From Anaerolineae bacterium (lineage in GTDB: Bacteria > Chloroflexota > Anaerolineae > UBA7937 > B3-Chlor), in assembly GCA_035530015.1 (NCBI GenBank), contig DATKVP010000382.1:1-41058 (forward strand): 41,058 nt of DNA, written 5' to 3'. Made by a program: the position numbers and the translations under genes. Within the stretch, counting starts at the first letter, position 1; the number at the start of each line of letters is the position of its first letter. The notes under the pieces were generated by a model that searched no databases, was not told the origin of the DNA, and saw only the letters and a list, made by a program, of their open reading frames with translations. Of this stretch, positions 31,526 through 39,907 are shown piece after piece.

Positions 31526-32410
31526 ATGCCATACAACAAGACAAAGTGGGGAGGGGAGCGCGCCATCCCGGCCATGCCGGCGGCGGCCCTGAACAACATC
31601 GAGGATGCGCTGGAGCTGGGCTATCACGTGCTCACTGTAGGGGCCTGTGCTCAGATGATGGAGATCTTCGGCGATGTGGTGGCCTTCTGGCCCTTCTTCG
31701 AGAATGCCAGGAACAGGGCGCAGGATTTCGGCCCCAACGGCTATCACCTCTATACCGATATAGGTGCCGCCGAGGACCTGGACGCCTGGGATACAGCGCC
31801 CGAGCTCCAGGGTGTGATGAGGGCGTATGTATTCAACGGCACCGATGAGTACCTGATGGCCTTGGATCAGGACCTGTTCACAGTCGTGGCTACCAACGCG
31901 TTCAGCATGGGCATGTGGGTGAAGATGACCACTGCCGCGGACAATTGCTTCCTCTCTAAGTGGGATGAGACAAACCTGGCCGAGGCGAGGGAGTGGCTGT
32001 TCTGCACGGATAACACTGGCTACATCACGATGATCCTCTACGACGAGACGAACACCGCCCAGATCGGCAGGGAGTATCAAACGGCCCTGGGGACAGAGGG
32101 CTGGCATTACATCGTGGGCGTCTACGACGGGGGTACTGATGCTGCGAACATCGCCATCTATCTCGATGGGCTAAAGGTGGATGATGCGGATGTGGCCGAC
32201 GATGCGGGCTTCGCCAGCATGGTGAATCAGGCCACGCCGGTACGGTGCGGCTCATACGAAGACGCTGCTGGTGATGAGGAATACCTGTTTGACGGTCGCG
32301 GGTGGGGGCCGTTCTTCACCCGCAAGGAATTGAGCGCGGATGAAGTCTGGAACCTGTATCAGCTCGGGCGGGCGGTATTGCACCTGCCGCTGTCTGCGGG
32401 GATGCCATAG
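31526..32410 (+). CDS. LamG (Laminin_G_3 / concanavalin-like lectin) domain protein
   Basis: FNGTDEYLMA...AFSMGMWVKM...FLSKWD...WHYIVGVYDG...IAIYLDGLKV...FDGRGWGPFFTRKELSADEVWNLY matches the LamG jelly-roll pattern. Confidence 0.7.
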   Translation: MPYNKTKWGGERAIPAMPAAALNNIEDALELGYHVLTVGACAQMMEIFGDVVAFWPFFENARNRAQDFGPNGYHLYTDIGAAEDLDAWDTAPELQGVMRAYVFNGTDEYLMALDQDLFTVVATNAFSMGMWVKMTTAADNCFLSKWDETNLAEAREWLFCTDNTGYITMILYDETNTAQIGREYQTALGTEGWHYIVGVYDGGTDAANIAIYLDGLKVDDADVADDAGFASMVNQATPVRCGSYEDAAGDEEYLFDGRGWGPFFTRKELSADEVWNLYQLGRAVLHLPLSAGMP

Positions 32411-32643
32411 TGAAAGGGGAGGAGAAGGTGGCACCGACAGGATCAGTCTCTGTGAACATCCGCAGGAGTAAGTGGAACTGGAAGGGCAAACTGGTCACGG
32501 CTTCATTGAAGCTGCCGAGGGTTGGGATCAGATTCGCCGGCTGGCTCTGGGATGAGTTGAAGCCACTATCGATCCAGACAGGGAGCCAACCCCCTCATTA
32601 CATGACGTGGAGTGAAGTGATCACGAGGGGAACCGTGCAATGA
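32410..32643 (+). CDS. Hypothetical protein (77 aa; GTG start)
   Basis: ORF with moderate GC3. The start is uncertain (alternative GTG at 32428). Confidence 0.3.
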   Translation: MKGEEKVAPTGSVSVNIRRSKWNWKGKLVTASLKLPRVGIRFAGWLWDELKPLSIQTGSQPPHYMTWSEVITRGTVQ

Positions 32644-33803
32644 AGTACGTCGAGGATACCTTCATAGGGGCGGATGGAACGGACCTGAGCGCGCACGCGC
32701 CGGACATCGACCGGCCAGGGGGCGGGTACGCGGAGATCGCCGGCGATTGGGAGATCGCCTCGAACGCCGCGGGGGTGACGTCGGTGGCCAACGCCAGGGT
32801 GGTGATCCTGACAGATCTGGCCGACGGGCGCTTCAAGGTGGACGCCTCGATCGTGGCCGCGACTAAGGGGGCGTTCCTGGTATTCCGCAGCAATGCCGGA
32901 TGCACCAACTACTGGCTGGCGGGGTTGGACGATACAGCGCAGCAGGTGCAGCTCCTGGTGGCCTCGGGAGGGGCCCCGGCGGTGCAGGCCTTTCGCGCTT
33001 ATGCCGTGGACGAGGCCGAGACCTACGAGATCAAGGTGGTGTGCCGGGCAGATGAGATCACGGTCTACATCGACGATGCGGTCCAGATCCGCCACACCAG
33101 CGCCACCCACGAGACGGAGGAGCACGCCGGCCTATACTCCGATACGAACGTGGATGTGGCCTTCGATGATCTGGTGGCTGATGAGAGGCCGACGTGTCAC
33201 TACTGCACCACGGCGGACGTGAAGAGCCGGCTGGGGGCGCAGTTTACCTCGGGGACGACCTACGACGAGGAGCTGGAGGCGGACATCGAGGAGGCGTCCC
33301 GCCTGATCGACCTGGAGAAGGGGTGGGAGGAGTGCCACTACTCCGCCTCGGACCTGGCCATGGTGACCCGGTATTATGATGGGCTGGGCGGGACCGAGCA
33401 GGAGATCGATCGCTTCCTGGACGACGCGGCTTTCGCGGTGGCCGTGGACGACGACGGTGACGGGGTGTATACGGCCTGGGTGAGGAATACCGATTACATC
33501 ACCTGGCCCTACAATGTGGAGTACATCACGGAGCTCTTCCTGGCCACAGGATCCACGGTCAGCTTCACGGTGGCGCAGCGGTCCGTGCAGGTGACGGGCA
33601 GGTTGGGGGCGTATAGCGAGCCGCCGGCGGTGGTCAGGAAGGCGGCGGTGATCATGGTGGCCAAGGCGTACAAGCGCGGGATGCAGATGTTCCAGGACAC
33701 GGGGGCCATCGTAGAGCTGGGGCAGTTGAAGTACGTGCTGGCCATCGATCCGGAGGTGGAGAAGATCCTGAGCGTGCTGCCCAGGAGGGTCAACTATGGC
33801 TGA
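32640..33803 (+). CDS. Fusion of a lectin-like beta-sandwich module and a head-tail adaptor (gp6-like connector)
   Basis: The N-terminal half shares VxDTFxxAxGxxLxxHxPDxD...FR with the tail-tip protein. The C-terminal half starts YCTTADVKSRLG...YDEELEADIEEASRLID, typical of connector/adaptor proteins. Confidence 0.5.
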   Translation: MKYVEDTFIGADGTDLSAHAPDIDRPGGGYAEIAGDWEIASNAAGVTSVANARVVILTDLADGRFKVDASIVAATKGAFLVFRSNAGCTNYWLAGLDDTAQQVQLLVASGGAPAVQAFRAYAVDEAETYEIKVVCRADEITVYIDDAVQIRHTSATHETEEHAGLYSDTNVDVAFDDLVADERPTCHYCTTADVKSRLGAQFTSGTTYDEELEADIEEASRLIDLEKGWEECHYSASDLAMVTRYYDGLGGTEQEIDRFLDDAAFAVAVDDDGDGVYTAWVRNTDYITWPYNVEYITELFLATGSTVSFTVAQRSVQVTGRLGAYSEPPAVVRKAAVIMVAKAYKRGMQMFQDTGAIVELGQLKYVLAIDPEVEKILSVLPRRVNYG

Positions 33804-34308
33804 GCAGCCCCTGATCATCGAGGTGGACGGTTTGGATGAGCTCCAGGAGGCGCTGAAGGAGTTCGTTGACGACTGGCAGCCCATCGCCAACCGGGCCCTG
33901 ACGCCAGGATTGGCGATCCTGGTGAGCGCCGTCAAGAAAGGCGCCCGATGGGATACCGGGACGGCACGGGCCAGGGTGGGTTCGGAGATCACCAGGACAG
34001 CGGGTTCGGAGATTATCGGAAAGGTTGGCATAAGCGGTAGCGACGCTACGGAAGTCCCATATGGACCCTACGCACTGGAGTATGGCCGGCTGCCGGGGCG
34101 GATGCCACCTCCCGATCGGCTGGAGGAATGGGCTGGCCGGCACGGGATGGTGGGAGCGGGGTTTGCTATCGCCAGGGCGATCGCGGCTCGAGGGGTGAAG
34201 GCGCCCCACACCATGAGCAAGGTGGCGAAGGCCAAGGCCGGGGAAGTGGTGAAGAAGTTCGAGGAGGGGATCGTGAGAGAGCTGCGGAGGTTGAAACTGA
34301 AGGAATGA
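33796..34308 (+). CDS. HK97 gp10-family head-tail joining protein
   Basis: AVKKGARWDTGTARARV...YALEYG matches the gp10 family pattern (P.DTG.L...EfG). Confidence 0.55.
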   Translation: MAEQPLIIEVDGLDELQEALKEFVDDWQPIANRALTPGLAILVSAVKKGARWDTGTARARVGSEITRTAGSEIIGKVGISGSDATEVPYGPYALEYGRLPGRMPPPDRLEEWAGRHGMVGAGFAIARAIAARGVKAPHTMSKVAKAKAGEVVKKFEEGIVRELRRLKLKE

Positions 34309-34865
34309 CCTGCATAGTAGGGTTGGCGGAAAACAACACGGTATACATGGGCGCGGACTCTGGATCGGGATCCAGCGGGGATTGGGACATGAGGATCAGC
34401 GCAGTTCCCAAGCTGTTCCGCTCAGGGCCTTTCCTCATTGGCTATACCAGCTCGTGGAGGATGGGACAGATATTGCAGCACCATCTCCACATGGAGGAAT
34501 TGGTATTGCCTGTGAGCGGATCCGATGTGCAGGAGTTCATGGTGTGCACATTCATTGAGAAAGTACGGGAAGCCCTCAAGACGTTCGCATACGCGACCAA
34601 AGAGCATAATGAGGAGACCGGCGGACAGTTTCTGGTAGGTTGCTTTGGGCATCTGTTCCACATCGAGAGCGACTATCAAGTGAACGAGGCGGCGGATGGC
34701 ATGGACGCCTGTGGATGCGCTGAGAAGTTTGCTCTCGGGGCATTGTGGTCAAGTCGTGCAGAAAAACCGAGAGAACGAATAGCAAAAGCTCTGGACGCGG
34801 CTGCATACTTCAGCGGCGGGGTGCGACCACCGATGATAATCGAATCCGTGGATGATGAACGATGA
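34305..34865 (+). CDS. Proteasome beta / HslV-like N-terminal nucleophile (Ntn) hydrolase
   Basis: Starts MTCIVGL, so Thr follows the initiator Met. GADS places Asp at position 17 counted from Thr1, with Lys at about position 35. Late motifs are ACGCAEKFALGAL and YFSGGV. The ATG overlaps the upstream stop, and GC is lower than in the neighbours. Confidence 0.6.
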   Translation: MTCIVGLAENNTVYMGADSGSGSSGDWDMRISAVPKLFRSGPFLIGYTSSWRMGQILQHHLHMEELVLPVSGSDVQEFMVCTFIEKVREALKTFAYATKEHNEETGGQFLVGCFGHLFHIESDYQVNEAADGMDACGCAEKFALGALWSSRAEKPRERIAKALDAAAYFSGGVRPPMIIESVDDER

Positions 34866-35311
34866 GCCTACCTGCGATTCTGACGGCTAGTGCAGCGCTG
34901 GAGAATGCCAACCTGGCGGCGTTGGGGATCAAACACGCCTTCGACACGCCGCCGGAGGCGCTGACGGCCCTGCCCGTGGCGGTGCGCTTCGCGGAGGGGA
35001 CGGCGCAGATGCACGCCAGCCGCAGCATGGGCAGGTATAACATCTGGAACTTTAAGATCGAGGTGCATTGGCCTCGAGGGGTGATCTGGGAGGCCGTGGC
35101 GCAGTGCTTTCCCACGATCGAGGCGTATCAGACTCTGTATAGCGCCAACTTGAGCATCAGCGCGAGCTGCGACGTGAGCGGCTTCAGGGAGCCCGCCTGC
35201 GAGGGTCCGGTGGTGCTGAGATACTCGCCCATCGATGCGACGGAGACCATCGGGGTGATCTTCTACCTTTGGGCAAAGGAAATCCTGGACGACATAACAG
35301 TAGCATTGTGA
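34862..35311 (+). CDS. Tail completion/terminator-like protein (assigned by position)
   Basis: 149-aa ORF between the neck genes and the tail tube gene. No strong motif. Confidence 0.35.
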   Translation: MSLPAILTASAALENANLAALGIKHAFDTPPEALTALPVAVRFAEGTAQMHASRSMGRYNIWNFKIEVHWPRGVIWEAVAQCFPTIEAYQTLYSANLSISASCDVSGFREPACEGPVVLRYSPIDATETIGVIFYLWAKEILDDITVAL

Positions 35312-35320
35312 GATGAGACT

Positions 35321-36358
35321 ATGCCAGCAGTAAAGGGAATCACAGACCTGCGGCAGATCCAGATCTGCTTCCAAACGAACTGCGCGACGCCAGGGACGGT
35401 TACCGCGCGCCTGATAGGGACGTGCGGGATCGATCGGGAGACGGGACGAGTGCTCCCGACGAACCCCATCGGCTTGATGTCGAAGAACATCATAGGCCGG
35501 GCTTATGACACCTACTACTCCGGAGTGGGCCCCCTGGCGACAGGGGAGGATGGTCTGACGTTCCAGCAGATCATTTGGTGGCTGTCCATGGGGACTGTGG
35601 GGGGCGTGGTGCCCGTACCGGCAGCCCCCGTCTATACCTGGACGTTCGCGCCGGACTTGGACGATGGGGACCTGCCGGACGTGGCTCACCTGATCTACGG
35701 GGACAACGCGGCGGAGTGGGAGGGGACCTGCGGCTTCGGCACGCAGACCAAGATCTCCGCGGCCTTCAAGGCGCCCTGGCAGATCGAGATGGATACGATC
35801 TGGCAGAACTGGGACAACGCGGGGGTGGCGTTCGAGACCATCGCTTACCCGACGCCGCTGGACACGATCCTGGGGCAGATGACGACCTTCGCGCTGGATA
35901 CGACCTGCCTGTTCGGGGCCACGCCGACGGTGAGGGAGTGCGCGCTGATCGATTGGACGTTGACCATCCCTGGCTTCCACCCGAAATATTTCCAGGATGG
36001 AACGATGTACTACAACTGTTACGGCCTGGCCTCGAGGGCGCTGAGCTTCGATTTTACATTGGAGTTCGACGATTTGCTGACGAAGGCGATCGTGTGGGAT
36101 GCGTACAGGGACGGGACGCCGCTGTACGTGCAGCTCGTCGCCACCGGCGGGGTGATCCCTGGGGATAGCGGGACGAACTACAGCGTGACGATCAATATGT
36201 GCCTGGAGATCAAGGATGCGAATCCGCTGGACACGCGGGATGGGAATGACATCCAGAAGTTCACAGCGGAGACAGTGTACGACGTGGACTGCGCGGATTG
36301 CGTGGAGTGGGAGATCATCGTGGTGAACGGGGAATCGACCTTGCCGGCGTGCACGTGA
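35321..36358 (+). CDS. Major tail (tube) protein (assigned by position)
   Basis: 345-aa ORF immediately upstream of the G/GT chaperone pair and the tape measure gene. Confidence 0.45.
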   Translation: MPAVKGITDLRQIQICFQTNCATPGTVTARLIGTCGIDRETGRVLPTNPIGLMSKNIIGRAYDTYYSGVGPLATGEDGLTFQQIIWWLSMGTVGGVVPVPAAPVYTWTFAPDLDDGDLPDVAHLIYGDNAAEWEGTCGFGTQTKISAAFKAPWQIEMDTIWQNWDNAGVAFETIAYPTPLDTILGQMTTFALDTTCLFGATPTVRECALIDWTLTIPGFHPKYFQDGTMYYNCYGLASRALSFDFTLEFDDLLTKAIVWDAYRDGTPLYVQLVATGGVIPGDSGTNYSVTINMCLEIKDANPLDTRDGNDIQKFTAETVYDVDCADCVEWEIIVVNGESTLPACT

Positions 36359-36399
36359 GATCCTTCGCTGCGCTCAGGATGACATAGAGGGAGGAGAAG

Positions 36400-36642
36400 A
36401 TGGCAGAGGATACGTGGGAGATCGATGGCAACAGTCTGACTCTGGATGAGTACATCGTGCTGAGCCAAAACCCTGCGGTTGATCCGGCAGAATCAAAGCG
36501 GGTCCTCGGCAAACTGGTGACCAACAAAACGGCGGAGGAGCTGGGACGGGACTATACCTGGAAGGAGATCAACAGCCGTATTCGCAGCGCCATCAGGGCG
36601 GTGGACGAATCTGCCGTCCCAAAACTGACCGACACGCCCTGA
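36400..36642 (+). CDS. Tail assembly chaperone G
   Basis: 80-aa ORF upstream of the tape measure gene with a slippery heptamer near its 3' end. Confidence 0.6.
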   Translation: MAEDTWEIDGNSLTLDEYIVLSQNPAVDPAESKRVLGKLVTNKTAEELGRDYTWKEINSRIRSAIRAVDESAVPKLTDTP

Positions 36643-36812
36643 TCGCCTGGTCAGATGGAATCAAGGGCGTGTCGTTGCCTGAGTGGGCCACAAAATGTGC
36701 GATCGCTGATACATTCGACATGAAGCCATGGGAGGTAGGCGAGATCCCCATATTGTGGGTGCTGAGATACAGCGAATACCTGAAGTGGGCGAAGCGGAGG
36801 CGTCGTGCCTGA
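36400..36812 (+). CDS. Tail assembly chaperone GT (frameshift fusion: 36400-36624 joined to 36624-36812)
   Basis: The -1 frame encodes ...GVSLPEWATKCAIADTFDMKPWEVGEIPILWVLRYSEYLKWAKRRRRA*, ending 8 nt into the tape measure gene. This is the canonical arrangement in long-tailed phages. Confidence 0.55.
36618..36624 (+). promoter_or_regulatory. -1 programmed ribosomal frameshift site CCCAAAA
   Basis: In the G frame it reads gtC CCA AAA ctg, fitting X XXY YYZ. The -1 frame is open from here to the TGA at 36810-36812. Confidence 0.6.
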
Positions 36813-37863
36813 AGTCAATATCATCGTCAAAGCGAAGGACCAGGTAAGCAGCGTCTTCAAGAATATCAACAAGAACCTGTTTGGGTTCAATGAAAACCTG
36901 CTTCTGGCGGGCACCGTCGGCGTCGGCGCGTTGGCTGTCGTGGGCGCGGCGGCCGGCAAACTGGCCTGGGATGCAGCGCAAGTCGAGCCGACGGTGATGA
37001 CCTTCGAGAACCTGACCCAAGAGATCGGTTCGACGGCCGACGAAATGCTCACCTCCCTGCGCCCTGCCACCCTGGGGATAGTTTCGGACATCGACCTGAT
37101 GAAGGCCGCCAACAAGCTGATGATGATGGGGTTGGCGGAGAGTGAAGAGGAAGCGGCCAACCTGGCCGAAGCCGCGGTCAAACTGGGGATGGCCATGGGC
37201 AATGATGCGCTGCCGTCTCTGGAAGATTTCACGCTGATGCTGGCCAATCAGAGCATCCTCCGCATGGACACCTTCGGCCTCTCGTCTGGTAGAGCCAGGG
37301 AGGAGATCAACAAACTCGTAGATGAGGGGTTGTCCAAGGAAGAGGCGTTCAAGTTGGTGGTACTCGACCAGGCCAACGACCGCCTCAAGGATCTGGGCGA
37401 CTTCGGCGACACAGCCAAGGTAAAGATGGGCGCGCTCCAGACCAAGTTCGGCAACGTGAAGGACGAACTAGGGGACGCCTTGTTACCCGCGTTAGAGACG
37501 CTACTCGATGATCTGATCATCCCGCTGGCCGATGCCATAGCGGATGATTTGGCCCCGGTGTTGGCGGAGACCTTGCCAGGAGCGATCGAGGCCACAGTGG
37601 GCGCTTTACAAGGCGTAGCGGATCTGCTCGGTGACATCCTGGAGGCGATTCAACGGCTTGATGAGTGGACGGCGACATACCTGGCGCCTCCCGAGCTGCG
37701 GGGCTACCAGGGTAGAACTGTGGCAGCCGGCTATGCGGAGGAGAGCTATCTGGGGCAGAGCGAGGGCGGTCGCTGGGGCCAGAGAGCGACGATTAACGTG
37801 TACGGCGTCCCCGGGGTGGCGGAGTACCTGCGGGACGTGGAGGGGCATACGGTAGCACCATGA
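36805..37863 (+). CDS. Tape measure protein (short, 352 aa)
   Basis: GTG start, helical Ala/Leu-rich sequence, and a position after G/GT. Confidence 0.65.
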   Translation: MPEVNIIVKAKDQVSSVFKNINKNLFGFNENLLLAGTVGVGALAVVGAAAGKLAWDAAQVEPTVMTFENLTQEIGSTADEMLTSLRPATLGIVSDIDLMKAANKLMMMGLAESEEEAANLAEAAVKLGMAMGNDALPSLEDFTLMLANQSILRMDTFGLSSGRAREEINKLVDEGLSKEEAFKLVVLDQANDRLKDLGDFGDTAKVKMGALQTKFGNVKDELGDALLPALETLLDDLIIPLADAIADDLAPVLAETLPGAIEATVGALQGVADLLGDILEAIQRLDEWTATYLAPPELRGYQGRTVAAGYAEESYLGQSEGGRWGQRATINVYGVPGVAEYLRDVEGHTVAP

Positions 37864-39905
37864 CAGAATACTTCCGGATCGAGGGCACGAATCTGATCGA
37901 TTTCGACCGGCAAATGGTGTCGGCGACGGCGCCGATCTACAACCTCGGTGAAAGGCGGCCACCTCGAGATATGAGCAAGCCGATGACGCAACAGGAGATC
38001 GTGATGGCGTTGCCCAGCCTGCCGCTGGGGGTGAGAGGACATGCCCTGAACCGGGGGATGTCGATGGTCACCTTCCCCTTCGACATCCAGGCGGGGAGCG
38101 ACGTGGCCATGGAGCAGGCGCTGCACGATCTGGCGCAGACGCTGAACGATGGGCAGCTCCACATCGAGAGCGAGGACGCCAGGGGCACGCAGGCGGTGGT
38201 CCATTACAAGGCGAACAACGCGGTGCAGCACTCCTACAAGACGATCTACTTCGGCCGGGTGGGAGAGGCGGGCAGCCGGGACGTGCTGGGGGCCCGGGCG
38301 AAGGCCAGCTATCTGCGGGGGCTGGAGCTGACGCTGTACATGGAGCCCAAATGGAGGCCGGAGACAAACGTGGCCTTGGGGCCCAATGAGATTTACTGCC
38401 CAGGGCTCGAGGAGGACGGGAACGCGGACGGCCTGGCGGACAACTGGAACCTGGTCAACGTGCCTACCTGCACGATGGAGAGCGCGATCGTTCTCCAGGG
38501 CTTCTACAGCCAGAAGGTCGTGACGCGCAACATGATCGGCGACGGGATTCAGGGCGATGTCTTCGTCGCCCCTGCGGGCGTGACAACCTGCATCGCCTAC
38601 GCCTGGATCGCGCGGCCCGCTGCTCCTCCTTCTGACATCATCGTGGAGCTTTACGACTCGACAGCTCCTGCGGTGAGGGGATCGGCCCTATACGATACGG
38701 GAGGCTGGGATGAGGCAACAGCCAAGGATGGCGCGACTACCTTCTATCGCGTGGAGGTTGCCGTGGCCGCCGGCATTGTGCCGGCCAACAACCACAGGCT
38801 GCGGATTCGCAACACGCAAGACACGTCAACCACCTTCTACGTGGACAAGGCGTACTGGAAGTGGGACACCATCACCGTCCCCGACGAATGGTGCGATCAC
38901 CCGCTGATCTACAGCCACTATGACACGACCGAGGCTCCGGCATATGAAGGGCACCAGAACTACTTCGACGTGTGCGACCTGAAGGGGACGGATGAGGCGC
39001 GGCTCCTGCTGAGAGTGGAATACGATCGGACTGCGGATCTAACCCATACGGCAGACCTGATCGTGGGCAGGAGGAGCCAGTGGGATTATCCGAGCCCAGC
39101 AACGGTTTTGGTGCGCGACATTCATTGGCTGGAGGCGGAGAACGCCACGACGCTAACCAACTGGGCCGCTGCTGCGTTGGCTAGATGTTCTGGCGGCAAC
39201 TGCATTTCCAATGCGGCCAATATTGCAGGGTCGGCGCAGTACAGATTCTTCATCACTCCAGGTGCTGGTCAATATGGGTCCCAGTATATGCGGGGCCGCC
39301 ATGATGTGTTCGGAGTGGTCTATACAGATGATGCTGCCAATACGCAGTATCGCTTGAGCTATACCAACATGCATGGGCAACTGACGTTCTACAATAAGTG
39401 GGTCAAGCAGCCACTGGCTTCCACATGGCAGCTAATCTACCTGGGGGAGATCAATTTCGACAAGTTCCTCAGAAGTAGCACGGTGGCGAATGATTTATAC
39501 CTAACCATAGAGTATGCAAAGGATGCTGTCGATACGGTGAGCCTTGATTGCATGTGGCTACTATCTAAGACGGAACCAGAGGCAAGGCTGCATTGTGCTG
39601 AGGGTGATTGGCTAGGAATGCCGCATTACTGGGCCATGGACCGCACAGAAGACTTCGACTATGAAGAGAAAGAGTATACGCCCGTCGCCACGGTAACTGT
39701 CCTTGGAGAGCTGTGTTTGCAGGGCGATGTGATAACCTTAACTCCAAATATGGTAGTTGGACAGCGCCTCTATTTCTCCTGCGAAAGCGTAGATACCGCA
39801 GCGGCTCCTGATGAACGTGAATGGGAAGGCCATGGAGTCGGCACCGATCTGCAAATGATCGTCAATCTATCCTACTTGCCACAATATCGGTCTCCGCTGG
39901 ACTAG
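37860..39905 (+). CDS. Distal tail (Dit-like) / baseplate protein with a lower-GC C-terminal region
   Basis: 681-aa ORF coupled to the tape measure gene by ATGA. Its last codons are repeated at 1-21. Confidence 0.4.
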   Translation: MTEYFRIEGTNLIDFDRQMVSATAPIYNLGERRPPRDMSKPMTQQEIVMALPSLPLGVRGHALNRGMSMVTFPFDIQAGSDVAMEQALHDLAQTLNDGQLHIESEDARGTQAVVHYKANNAVQHSYKTIYFGRVGEAGSRDVLGARAKASYLRGLELTLYMEPKWRPETNVALGPNEIYCPGLEEDGNADGLADNWNLVNVPTCTMESAIVLQGFYSQKVVTRNMIGDGIQGDVFVAPAGVTTCIAYAWIARPAAPPSDIIVELYDSTAPAVRGSALYDTGGWDEATAKDGATTFYRVEVAVAAGIVPANNHRLRIRNTQDTSTTFYVDKAYWKWDTITVPDEWCDHPLIYSHYDTTEAPAYEGHQNYFDVCDLKGTDEARLLLRVEYDRTADLTHTADLIVGRRSQWDYPSPATVLVRDIHWLEAENATTLTNWAAAALARCSGGNCISNAANIAGSAQYRFFITPGAGQYGSQYMRGRHDVFGVVYTDDAANTQYRLSYTNMHGQLTFYNKWVKQPLASTWQLIYLGEINFDKFLRSSTVANDLYLTIEYAKDAVDTVSLDCMWLLSKTEPEARLHCAEGDWLGMPHYWAMDRTEDFDYEEKEYTPVATVTVLGELCLQGDVITLTPNMVVGQRLYFSCESVDTAAAPDEREWEGHGVGTDLQMIVNLSYLPQYRSPLD

Positions 39906-39907
39906 GC

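Larger units (their letters stand above)
23..39907. mobile_element. One genome-length unit (39,885 bp) of a temperate tailed phage with an HK97-fold capsid and probable siphovirus tail
   Basis: Complete lysogeny, recombination/replication, packaging, head, tail and lysis modules are present. The gene starting at 23 reappears at 39908, an offset of 39,885 bp. No host-like genes were seen. Confidence 0.8.
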
